From Podarcis muralis (Eukaryota): a DNA stretch of 64,000 nt. A model generated the notes under the pieces. That model was not told the origin of the DNA and ran no database searches. It saw only the letters and a list, made by a program, of their open reading frames with translations. Shown piece after piece: positions 31,107 through 42,080 of the stretch. The translations under genes were made by a program, and so were the position numbers. Every line of letters begins with the position of its first letter. The first letter of the stretch is position 1. Location of the stretch: contig NC_135670.1 in assembly GCF_964188315.1 (NCBI RefSeq), forward strand, positions 14,756,001 to 14,820,000, written 5' to 3'.

Positions 31107-31453
31107 AATAATAATAATAAAATTTTACTTATATCCCACCCTCCCCAGCTGAAGCCGGGCTCAGAGCGGCTAACAACAGTAAAAGTAACACAGTTTACAT
31201 AAAATCACAATCAATTAATTGAAATATAGTCTAAAATCAATTCATTCTAAACTCAATTCAAATCAAACCAATGGCAACCATTGGGCCAGAGCTCCGCGAA
31301 GATTGCCAGAGGAGGGGGTCAGGCTGTGCCCTGGCCAAAGGCCTGGTGGAACAGCTCTGTCTTGCAGGCCCTGCGGAAAGATGTCAAGTCCCTCAGGGCC
31401 CTAGTCTCTTGTGACAGAGCGTTCCACCAGATCGGGGCCACAGCCGAAAAAGC
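31107..31453 (-). mobile_element. L2 LINE 3' fragment
   Basis: (AAT)n tail at the left and L2-type 3' end sequence (gcgttccaccag...ggggccac...gaaaaagc) in reverse. Confidence 0.65.
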
Positions 31454-32332
31454 ATGCATGGGTCTCCCCCTTCCTCTGGAAGTGTATACTGGATTTTGAC
31501 CAAACTAAGCCTCCTAGAACTAAAAATACATCAGAAGACTTTTTGGTCAGAATCAGGTATACACTTCCAGAGTTAATGCTAAATACATTATACCTGGTAA
31601 ATGAGCCACCATAGTCACTAGAGGACTGTGAAAATTTGCATCCCAGGCTTTTTAGACTCGTCTACCCATGTACTAACTAAAACCCAAGGGGCACATGGGT
31701 TGCCAGATGTGAAATATATTGGCAATATTTTCGGCTCTCCTATACCACAGCTTCTCCAAACTGCTGAACTCAGTTCTGGGCTGAGTTCAGGGATTTCATA
31801 CAGAGGACTACAGTCCTACATTACATGCATGTGACATGCACAAGCTGAAAGGGACACGCAACATTGAAAGCTTAGGTCTTTCATTTCCCCCCTTCTTGAA
31901 ACATGTTGCTCTCCCTGCCCTCCCTGCCTTGCAAATGCAACTGTGAATAATTTTTAACCACCCCTTCTCAGAAAGTTGGTAGGGAAATGGGCAGCTGAGT
32001 GAAATTGCTTTCGGGGGCATATGTGGCACAGAAGGCTGAGAGTTCGCCACTCTGGCCTTAAATGCAAGATGACAAAACTACAAATGGAAATGATTCGCTG
32101 CTCTGGAGAGGACATTCCAGCAGGGCGACAAGGTACCTTGCCTGAAATTTCCACTTTCACCCAATGATACAAAGTGCAGGAAGCCTGTGTGCAGTTATTC
32201 TTGGGTAGACTTGGTTTTAGCAATCTTTAAGGATCTGTGTGCACCTAGGAAATGTTGCACTTGAGCTAGCATGGTGGAGGGCGGCGGCGGGGGGTGGGGG
32301 TGGGAACAGTAATATCTGCTGAAGGGCCCTCA

Positions 32333-32342
32333 GGGAATTTCC
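32333..32342 (+). promoter_or_regulatory. Consensus NF-kB site upstream of the soluble TLR5 gene
   Basis: GGGAATTTCC matches GGGRNWYYCC exactly. It lies about 95 bp before a TATA-like TTTATAT (32436-32442) and about 180 bp before the proposed ATG. Confidence 0.55.
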
Positions 32343-32523
32343 CCAGTATTTCCCCATTATGCATCTTTCCAAATCACATTTGAGTCAACACAGGCTGTTG
32401 ACGTGGGGCCCAGAAAGGGAACTGCTCGGGTGGTGTTTATATGGGGCAAGGACTGTGCCAACCCATAAGCAGCAGCAGCAGAGAGAGAGAGAGAGAGTCT
32501 CATTTTGCACCAGCTTCAACACC

Positions 32524-33162
32524 ATGCCGAGGTTTCACCAAAGTCGCCCACTTTGGAGGGCTCCAAAAGGTGAGTGACAGAAGATAAAGTGGGGTTTGAG
32601 TCCCTCAATATGACTGGTCCTCTTTCTAGAAATTCAATAATTCTCCCCTGTCAGGTGAGTCATCAACTTTCAGGTTAGTGAAGAGCTTTAAGATGGGGAA
32701 GGCCCGTTACTCCGTGGCATAGGTGGGATGCAAATGTTTTTTTCACACTGGTCCTGAAAGACCTACATTGGCTCCCAGTACATTTCCGAGCACAATTCGA
32801 AGTGTTGGTGCTGACCTTTAATGCCCTAAACTGCTTCGGCCCAGTATACCTGAAGAAGCGTCTCCATCCCCATTGTTCAGCCCAGACACTGAGGTCCAGC
32901 TCGGAGGGTTTTCTGGTGGCCTTCTGGCAAGAAGTGAAGTTAGAGGGAACCAGACAGAGGGCCTTCTCAGTGGTGGTGCCCACCCTGTGGAAAGCCCTCC
33001 CATCAGATGTCAAGGAAATAAACAACTATCTGATTTTTATAAGACATCTGAAGGCAGCCCTGTATAAGGACTTTTTTAAGGTTTAAGGTTTTATTTTATT
33101 TTTATCTATGATGGAAGCCACCCGGAATGGCTGGGGAAACCCAGTCAGATGGGTGGGGTACA

Positions 33163-33204
<42 letters not shown>

Positions 33205-35880
33205 GCTGTTGTTGTTATTGTTCTTGTTACTACTCACAAGGCCAACAGCTTGAACTGCAGACATCAGCAGATGGCCATGACTTATCTCTTTACTGTGTGG
33301 GAGGAGGGAAGCTTTATTGCAGTTTTCTGCACATCAAGAGGGTGTTAAAAGGTGGTTAAAAGATGGTCTGTCCTTTTGCTGGTCAGTCTGCAACTCTATT
33401 GCTAGATCCCGTGCTTTGCATGCCCAAGATTATTCAGTTTGGGATATTGTGTAGCCAGTTTGGTGCAGTGGCTGTTGGGCTAGTGTCTGTGAGTCCAGGG
33501 TTCAAATCCCCACTCAGCCATGGAGCTCATTTGGTGATCTTGGGCCACTTGGGGTGTTGCAGGGAAGAAATGAGAAAGGGGAGGATCATGATTGCTGCCT
33601 TGAGCTCCTTAAGAGGAAAGGCAGAATATACCCGAAATTATAAAATCCTCACATTTCCAGTTAAAGGGTTATTGGACAAGCAGTGCTGGGAGCGGCCTCG
33701 GCACAGGAACACCCTGAAGAGCTCTTCCTGCTGCCCATCAAATGAGACAATATTGGACCACTTTGTGTGTTTGTTGCAGAGGTGGCATTTAAATCTGGGA
33801 CTATCAGCAGCCAAATTATGCCATCTCTCTGATCAGTCAACTGTCAAAGCTTCTTCTTGCCCCATTAAACTTGAGGAAAGTTAGGACAAGCTGTGCTAGG
33901 AAAATGAACAGGGAACTAACAAATGTCCCCTTTCTTCTCTCTTAATTGCCAGCTCCTTTTAGTAGGATCATCTTCTTGCTGGTTTTGGGGTCCACTGTTG
34001 ACAGCCAGCCCCGCTGCTACCATACCAAAGTGAATTCTCTGCTGGTGGCCAATTGCCAAGCTCAAAGACACAAGGAAGTCCCTGAAATGGACAGCTCCCT
34101 TCAGGTCCTCTTGCTGAACTTCAACTTCTTATCCAACATCTCGGATTCCTCCTTCTCCCAAATGCCGTCCCTGAAGATGCTGTCTCTTGGGAAGCAACTG
34201 GGAGGATCCCTCTATGTCGGAGAAAGGGCGTTTCAGAATGTGCCCAGTGTCAGGATCCTGGATCTTGGTGGCAACAAGAACTTGACCTTGCACCCAGCTG
34301 CTTTCCACGGCCTCACCCAGCTTGAGGTGTTGCTCTTGGATTTCAATGGTTTTGACGAAGAAGTACTGGAAAGAGGTTATTTCCAGGATTTGGTATCACT
34401 GAAGAGGCTGGATCTTTCTGGAAACCGCATCCGTAGGCTGAGGCCTGATCCAACTTTCCAGGGCCTGAGGAAGCTGAGTGTCCTTCAGCTGAAGCTCAAC
34501 CAAATTGGGGAAATCTGTGGGGAAGACCTACAGCACCTCAGGGGGCACCATTTGGCCTTGCTTGACCTCTCATCCAACCGACTGCTTAATCCCAATGCCT
34601 GCACCAACCCTTTCTTCAGCATCGTGCTGGGAACTCTGGACGTCTCTTCGAACTCATGGAACGCGATGGAAGCTCAGAAGTTCTTCACACGACTAAATGG
34701 CACTCGAATCCATAACCTCAAGATGCAGCACTCAGCCGCCCTCGGCAGCGGGTTTGGTTTCCGTAACCTCAAGGGCATCTCGCCCAGCACCTTTCTTGGC
34801 CTCCGTGGCAGCGGAGTTTACTCCTTCGACATGTCCAATGGCTTCCTCAGGGAATTGGGCCCATCTGTCTTCTCGGGGCTCCCAGACCTCAACATCCTGC
34901 TGTTGAGATCCAACCAGATTACTGAGATCAAGGATGGGGCCTTCTCTGGGCTGAGCCAATTGCGTATTCTCGACCTGTCCCACAATCTGCTTGGGGAGCT
35001 GTACACAGAAGCCCTGCGACCCCTGAGGTCATCCCCACTCCAGCACCTCATCCTGAAGTCCAACCACCTTGGGATTGTTCAACACGATGCCCTGGTGGGG
35101 CTGAACTCCTTGCAAACCCTTGACCTCCGGGACAATGCTCTCGTGAGGGTCCCGGCGGGGAAACTCCCATCCCTTCTGCGCCTGATGCTGGGGCAAAACA
35201 GGATTGGGGATGCCTGGGGTCTTGAACGTCTTAGCAGCAACCTGACCCACCTTGACTTCTCCTCCAACCGCCTGAGTGACTTAGGGAGTCTCTGGGGTCA
35301 ACTAGGGGAAAACCCCACCTTGCGTTTCCTGAATCTCTCAGGCAATCAGCTGGCAACGTGCTTCAGGGCTGAGAGAGGCCCCGGGCAGCTCAGAGAACTA
35401 GATATTTCCCATAACGACCTGGGAAACATCTGGAAAACAGAGAGCTGTGCGGACATCTTCCAGCATTTGGAGAACCTTAGAGTCCTGAATCTCAGCTCCA
35501 ATGGCCTTCGGGCCCTTCCTGAAGGACTTTTCCAGGGTCTGGTGTCTCTCCAGACTCTGAATCTCTCTGACAACCTCCTGCCCATCATTCCTGAGGAGGC
35601 ATTCCTCAGCTTGAAATCCTTGCGCAGCCTTAGCCTCCATGGGAACCCCATAGTGACCCTTTCCCACTCTACATTTCAACCACTGGTGCAGCTGCAGTCA
35701 TTGGACCTGAGCGAGTTGTCCTTGCTGTGCGACTGTGGACTTTCTGACTTCCAGAGTCTGATGCAGGACAAAGACTCAAGGCTGAGTGGAGCTGTGGCCA
35801 ATCTCCTGTGCATTCAAACCAGCCCTGATTTCCTGCATCTCTCCTTGTCCTGGTTCCTCCAGAGCAAGTGTGCCCAATAA
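32524..35880 (+). CDS. Soluble Toll-like receptor 5-like protein (TLR5S type): signal peptide, LRR ectodomain and LRRCT, with no TM or TIR domain; about 657 aa
   Basis: Uninterrupted LRR ORF to the stop at 35880 with TLR5-diagnostic segments (LDLGGN, ICGEDLQHLRG, CTNPFFSIVLGTLDVSSNSW, GSGFGFRNLK, LSHNLLGELY, LDLRDNAL). It ends CDC...C...KCAQ*. There is no in-frame ATG before the acceptor ttgccag|33953. The proposed first exon 32524-32569 (accATG...AAAG|gtgagt, phase 1) joins in frame to give MPRFHQSRPLWRAPKAPFSRIIFLLVLGSTVDS. The large exon is near-certain; exon 1 is inferred. Confidence 0.88.
32745..33205 (+). mobile_element. L2 LINE 3' fragment in TLR5S intron 1
   Basis: Peptide LHWLPVHFRAQFEVLVLTFNALNCFGPVYLKKRL...RAFSVVVPTLWKALP typical of the L2 ORF2 C-terminus, followed by a (TAT)n tail at about 33163-33203. 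Confidence 0.85.
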
Positions 35881-36887
35881 TATGTTACGACCCAATATGG
35901 GGATTGGGATGGAGAACAAAATCTTATCCCACAGGATGCGGGATGCCATCAAGCTGCACAGCAGTGCCAAAATCTGTGTTCCAGTTATCAAAAAAAAATG
36001 CCTCATTGTCCTTTTCGCATGCCTGGGAACATCCATTTGGTAGGCCCATAATCTCTGTGTATTCAAGTAGCAAAGGCCAAATTGCTGACGTTTCGTAACT
36101 CACACCCCCAAGCTGGCTTTTTGTTTTTTGTTTTTGTTTTTTTGCTTCTGGCATGTGTAAGCAAAACAATCCAAACACACACAGAGAGAGGCAAATGCTG
36201 TGTGATTGCAGGCCCTCCAAATGTCCCGATTTTCCAGGGACAGTCCTGGAAGTGAGTCTACCCTCCTACTCCCTGCTGTCAAAACTGCCCATTCCAATTC
36301 CCTCTCCCTTTGCTTACTAAGTCCTAAACGACTTGGGTCCAAAGTATGTGAGAAACGTGCTTTCCTAGAGATGCTACCTATCAGTTCTTGGTAGTTCCTC
36401 CACCCTCAGTAATTTGGGGTGTGGGTGTGTGATGATTAAAATGCATTTTGTATCTTTAAACATGGTTTTAGTAAGTTGATAACCCTAAGAAGCAGAAGCT
36501 TTAGAGCCAACTTGTGGATTTGGCAACCTAGCAAGTTAAGTAACCTACTACTGTATTTATTTATTTTATTTACCTATTAAATTTATATACCGCCCTTCCT
36601 CTGAGGATCACAGGGTGGCTTAAGTATAAAAACACAAAAATACATAACATAGTTTGAACAAGGTTTTTTTTAAAAGACGTGTATACATTTAATGAAATAA
36701 ATAACGTTTGTTAGAGATACTTATGCTGATGATGTATTCATACATAAATGCTTTTAAAACATCTCTCCTTTCATTATCAGTAAAACTGTGTCCTTAATCC
36801 AATTAGATTGATCATTAGCTTTGCCGAGTAATTCAGCCTTGAAAGCAATCCAAGGTGACCTGGCAACCTGAACAGAACAGTTAACAC

Positions 36888-36888
36888 A

Positions 36889-36914
<26 letters not shown>
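36888..36914. repeat. (TG)n microsatellite
   Basis: Direct reading of the sequence. Confidence 0.9.
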
Positions 36915-36919
<5 letters not shown>

Positions 36920-37485
36920 GAGTGATCAGGTTTTGCTTACAGAGGACTAAGAAGCTAAGAAGCAGGGTTGGCCCTAACTTTGAACCTACGCAAATGGAAG
37001 TTCCAGCGCATGTGAAAAGGACAAATATTGAGACAATCATGGATTATTTGGGCAAAGGGAAAATGCCTGCTTCCGCAGCCCAGCACTGTTTTCTACATCC
37101 TGTGGGGTGGGATTTCCTTTGCCATGTGTCTATGGAGGCAGTTCTGTTTCAGTGCCGACACCAGGAAGGCAATTTGGGGCAGAGAAGACCGAGTGGGAGA
37201 AGGCAACTGGGGAAAATATTACAATGTGAAGAAAGGATTATAATTCAGAAAAGACTTAAACAGCAGAATTCTGAAGAGTCAACACATATCTGCAGGCCTC
37301 ACTTTCCCCCTATGTTTGGTTGTTACAGAACCCTTGCTCGGATTCCTTGGTGTGTGTACTCCTGAGTGTGTATGAATTTAGGGTTTGTGTGCTGCTAGGT
37401 TAGGGTAATAGCTTCATTCCAGCTTCTCTCTCCCTTTTTCCCAGAGTCAGTCTCCACAAGGGATAAAACACCTCACTGTTTAAAT

Positions 37486-37793
37486 CACGGGTGTCAAACA
37501 CAAGGTCCGCGGGCCAAATCCGGCCCGCCAGACCTCATCATGTGGCCCGTGTAGCCGCCGCCGGCCACCAGCCTTCACCTTTTATTCTCGCTTTTTTTTT
37601 TTTTACACAAGAAAGCCGCCTCTTCAGCGCATGCACAGCAGCCTACAAGCCAGAGAACGTCTGCCCTCTAGCGGCGCCGGCCGTTCTACATAGGAAACCT
37701 CCACTTTACATGCAAGATACAGATACAACCGGTCCTTTGAGGGTGACCAAATTGCTCGTACGGCCCCCGATGAATTTGAGTTTGACACCCCTG
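37486..37793. mobile_element. hAT MITE
   Basis: TIRs CACGGGTGTCAAAC / GTTTGACACCCCTG. 8-bp TSD GTTTAAAT at 37478-37485 and 37794-37801. Confidence 0.85.
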
Positions 37794-38157
37794 GTTTAAA
37801 TATTTTGCTAGGTAATAAAGTCTTGAACTTTCATTTTTGGTCTGGATTTTCCCCCTATACATTCCCTTGCAAAGGAAAAAACCCCCAGATTGAGGTTTAG
37901 TTGTTCATCTTTGTCTCCTTGCATTCCCTTTGCAAAACAAAGGTTCTTGCGCGTCTCAGGCCTGATCAACTTGACACGCACAGCACCCTCTCACAAACTC
38001 ACTGTACTGAAAATAATGGACACATGGTCTATGTGGGTCTTCCATAAAGAACTCCTAATAAAGAACTCCTTGCAGCTACTTTGAATGGAGATTGCCTTGC
38101 GATGGCACACTGCTTTGGGCTTGATCGCAGAAGCTTGGTACTCACGGATATGGTCTA

Positions 38158-38383
38158 CGGTGGTACCTCGGGTTACATACGCTTCAGGTTACAGACTCCA
38201 CTAACCCAGAAATAGTGCTTCAGGTTAAGAACTTTGCTTCAGGATGAGAACAGAAATCGTGCTCCAGCGGCGCAGCAGCAGCAGGAGGCCCCATTAGCTA
38301 AAGTGGTGCTTCAGGTTAAGAACAGTTTCAGGTTAAGAACGGACCTCCGGAACGAATTAAGTACTTAACCTGAGGTACCACTG
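38158..38383. mobile_element. Tigger-like MITE, copy 2
   Basis: Same family as 20948-21174, in the opposite orientation, TA flanks. Confidence 0.9.
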
Positions 38384-39199
38384 TATATCCCTATCCGAAA
38401 AACCGACTTGCCAAATCTGAGCAGCCAAAGGGAAAACAAACCCACACCTTTTATACAACACACGGCATTCACACACCATTTGAATGGCAATGCGCATCAA
38501 ATGGGGGAGGGGCGGCCCCCTCAATTATTATTATTTTTGGGGAGGGGGGGTCGAAGGGACCTCGGTTACAAGGAGTTGGTGCCTATGAGGCCAGCGAAGG
38601 AGATAATACCATGGTTATGCTGCAGCGCCCCCAGGTGGACAAACAGCCACAGCCACCATCACATCATTGTGGATGAGCTGGTTTTGCAGAAAGCAGGTGC
38701 TGTTGAGATGCCAGACTCCAAGCAGCGCCTTAATTAAAAGGCCACTTACAACAGAAGAGCCGAGTCATGCACACTGCCTCGCGTAAAAAAGGTGGGATAT
38801 AAATAAATAAAATTCCTGTGGCTTAATGGAGACTTGAAGGCAGTATATTTTTTCCATTTCAGAAACAACAGGCGAGATTTAAAAGCCATCTCGACGCGTC
38901 CTGGTGTTTATTTCCGTTTTGGTCCATTCCCCCCACCCCCAGTTGTTCATTTCTCCACTGAACTCCAATGCATTAGAGCAGGAGGCGTTTTGCACTCTGC
39001 GTATGCCCAGGCACTCTCTTTTCCTTCTCATTAGCGCATTCTTCCACCACCAAGGGAACCCAGGACGGCGAAAGCGAAGGATTGGGACACCACCGTCCAC
39101 CGCCCACTCCCTCTTCTGTCCTCTCCCTTTTCACCACCACGATTTCATTTCTTTCCTGCGGGCGCCTGGATGCACGAACAGGGCTGGACGGGACGGGAT

Positions 39200-39381
39200 G
39201 AGCAGTGAGGCGGGCCCGCCTCCTCTCGCCTGATAGGCTCCGCGCCCTCCTCCCTCGGGCGCGATTGGCTGCTCCGGGATAGGGACAGGATGGGCAGAGG
39301 GTGGCGCCGCTGATGCCGGGCTGATGCGGGCGGACAGGTGGCCGGGACAGGTGAGCGCCTCCCGCATCCAGGCGCCGCCAG
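39200..39381 (+). promoter_or_regulatory. TM7SF2 CpG-island promoter and non-coding/alternative first exon
   Basis: GC boxes 39209-39220, SRE-like CTCGCCTGAT 39225-39234, inverted CCAAT 39264-39268, donors cag|gtgagc (39350) and cag|gtaagc (39381). A matching acceptor tctag|42006 lies upstream of the ATG. Confidence 0.6.
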
Positions 39382-40056
39382 GTAAGCCTTCCTCCGGTGT
39401 GTCCCCTCTCCCGTGCCAGAGGATGCCGCCGCTGTTGCTGGCGGGATCGGGAGGGCCGGTGGGTGGGGCAGACATGCGCGGGTCCCTCTCGGGATGCACA
39501 CAAGCCAGGCAGGGGAGTGTGGTCCCCGCGGGGGAGGGTGGATTTAGGGACCTTCCCGAAAGGGCCAGCCCGACCTGAGATTGGCATCCTCGCCAGCAAC
39601 GCTTCCGCTGGGCTGGGAAAGGCCACCGTCTGGAACTGCAGCGCCGTCGGTGGATGCGGAGCTTAGGCGCAGCAAGGACCGGCGGAGAATGAGGCAGCTG
39701 CCTTTTCTACAGAAAAGACGAATTTTCTACAGAAACATGAGGACTGGGAGCTTGCTCCTTTCTTTTAGGGGAAAGGTGGCGGTAGCTCAAATGGGAGGGC
39801 GCATGTTTTGCACGGAAAAGGTCCCCGCACCCACCCCGGCCAGGTTCAATCTCTCTCTCTCTCTCTTTCACACACATTTGAGGGTGGCTGCTGGGCAGGC
39901 AAGATGGGGACTGATCCAGTATGGCAGCTTCCTATGAGGGTTGGATCCTGCATCCAGACCTGCAAGGCATCTGACATCTCCCTCTTTTGAAATGTATTGA
40001 GGTCAGCAGCAGAACTGTCCTCCTCAGAAGCGCCACAAATTTTGACTGCCAAAGTA

Positions 40057-40298
40057 CAGTGGTACCTCGGGTTAAGCACTTAATTCGTTCCGGAGGTCTG
40101 TTCTTAACCTGAAACTGTTCTTAACCTGAAGCACCACTTTAGCTAATGGGGCCTCCCGCTGCTGCCGCGCTGCCGGAGCACAATTTCTGTTCTCATCCTG
40201 AAGCAAAGTTCTTAACCCGAGGTACTATTTCTGGGTTAGCGGAGTCTGTAACCTGAAGCGTATGTAACCTGAAGTGTATGTAACCTGAGGTACCACTG
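40057..40298. mobile_element. Tigger-like MITE, copy 3
   Basis: TA|CAGTGGTACCTCGGG ... GAGGTACCACTG|TA with a duplicated subterminal 16-mer. Confidence 0.9.
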
Positions 40299-42080
40299 TA
40301 CCTTGAATTACTTCATAATGTTGTTGGCCTCAGTCTGTTTCAGGAAACAATGGGCGTGTGTGCCTTTTTTGGGGGTGGGTGAAGTCAAGCTGTTGGAAGA
40401 TTATGGTGCCTGCTGTGGCCGTTATTTAGGGGTGCAGACACTTTGGGGGTGATGCAAATGGCACAGATTTCAAGCGTGCACCTTGTCAGGTTGTTTAATA
40501 GTTCTTGAAGATACACACAAAGGCCATGTTTTTCAAAATACATACAAAAGCCATGTATTTCAAAGGTTGGCAGTTCTCTCGCTTATGAGGACAAATCTGC
40601 CACAGGCTGTTGGATCCGGAAGATTCTTTGTTGGAGGGTTGCTTTCTCTGCTGGAGACAGGGAACTGGGCTGAGAACTTCAGACAGAGACTACAAAGCAG
40701 TTAGCATGTTCTTAATGCTAAATTACGAAACTGACAGGACTCTAAAGGAGAGGAGGAGAAAGGCCAATTCATTTTGCAACCAGTAAATCAATTAACAATT
40801 TCACAGGGATGAGGCTTCAGTTGAGAACCAGTGTGTTGTAAGGCATTTAAAGACATCCCAACTAAGCCTGGAAATTGTAATTTGTTAAGGGTGCTGGGAA
40901 TTGTAGCTCTGTGAGGGGCAAACTGCAGTTTCCAGGATCCTTGAGCAGGGATGCTTTAAATGCGTGGTGTGTTGGCAAACCTAGACCATGAAGGCCTAAA
41001 TTCAAATCCCTAATTGGCCATGAAACTCTCTGGATGACCTTGGGCTAGTCACACACACAAAAATACCACAGTGGACTCCTAGGAGGAAAGGTGAGGAATA
41101 GGATGGGTGTGTGCTGGGACTCACGTTTCCCTTGTTCTAACAGTGTCCAGATGTGTCTGGAGGGCTTAGTGGTGAGAGAGCAAGCACTCCCAATATGCTC
41201 AGAGGCACTTGATCGTAACTTTGAGAGGTGTGCTTTGGTGCCAGAAATGGGTGGTGAAGCTCAACCTTGGCAAGCGCCAACTCCAATTTTGTGCAGCTGG
41301 AGACTTAAGTGAGGAGCTTGACACACTCTTGGGCTCATGACCCCCAGAAGTGGGGTAGGGGGTACACTTTGCACCTGCTATTTGAAATAATTGCACCCAA
41401 ATATTTATCCTGAGTTGCAAGTTTTCTGGGAAAGGGAAGGTGGACTTGCCAAGCACTAGTTTAGAATACGAAACATCCTTCCCGGTTATGATGGTTGCCT
41501 GGGGAAGAGTCTGGAGAGATGCTGCCAGCCAGTGGAACCAATACTGAACTCGATGGGACAACAGCCTGACTCTGCCAAAGGCAGCATCCTGTATTCCTAT
41601 GAGAGGTGCTCACGAACCAGTAGCACTTTGTATCGACTGGAGGTCTGTTCCAAAGGGTTCACAATGCTGCGCATACCTTACAACAGCCCTGTGAGGTAGA
41701 CTAGTGGCAGATGTCTAATGGGACAGACATGACAGTCTGACAAGCATGCCCTTCCTCTGGAATCCCAGCCTCCAGCTGGCCAGCTTTTGTTGGCTGTGCC
41801 CTCCTGGTGATTAATGTCTAAAAAAAGAAGGGGACCTGGGCGGAATTATTCCACGGGCAGGCGGCCTTGCATGTAAGGCACAGTCAGTTAGAAAGAATGT
41901 GGCTTCTGTTAACAGGCGATCCAAATCAGCTCAAACACACGTGGGGGGATACTCAGAGGCTTGTCTCAAGGGTCTCTGTTTGGTCTTCATGGATTCTTTC
42001 TCTAGGTCTGTGTGTGGTTGCTGAAGACCGGGGAAACTTGCAAGAAGAGGTTTCTGGCCCAGGACCTGCTCAAGAGGACA

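Noticed and set aside
32610-32654. Alternative ATG exon for TLR5S (ATG...CAG|gtgagt)
   Set aside because: Its phase 0 does not fit the phase-1 acceptor at 33953. The ATG at 33923 is also out of frame.
36892-37365. 157-aa ORF and overlapping 71-aa ORF with a hydrophobic stretch followed by WRQFCF, faintly like the TLR5 juxtamembrane FRGFCF
   Set aside because: It lies downstream of the putative TIR fragment (wrong order), has no TIR after it and no in-frame splice route that I could find; the longer ORF starts in a TG microsatellite.
37935-38047. Exon-like stretch VLARLRPDQLDTHSTLSQTHCTENNGHMVYVGLP*
   Set aside because: No recognisable homology and no partner exons.
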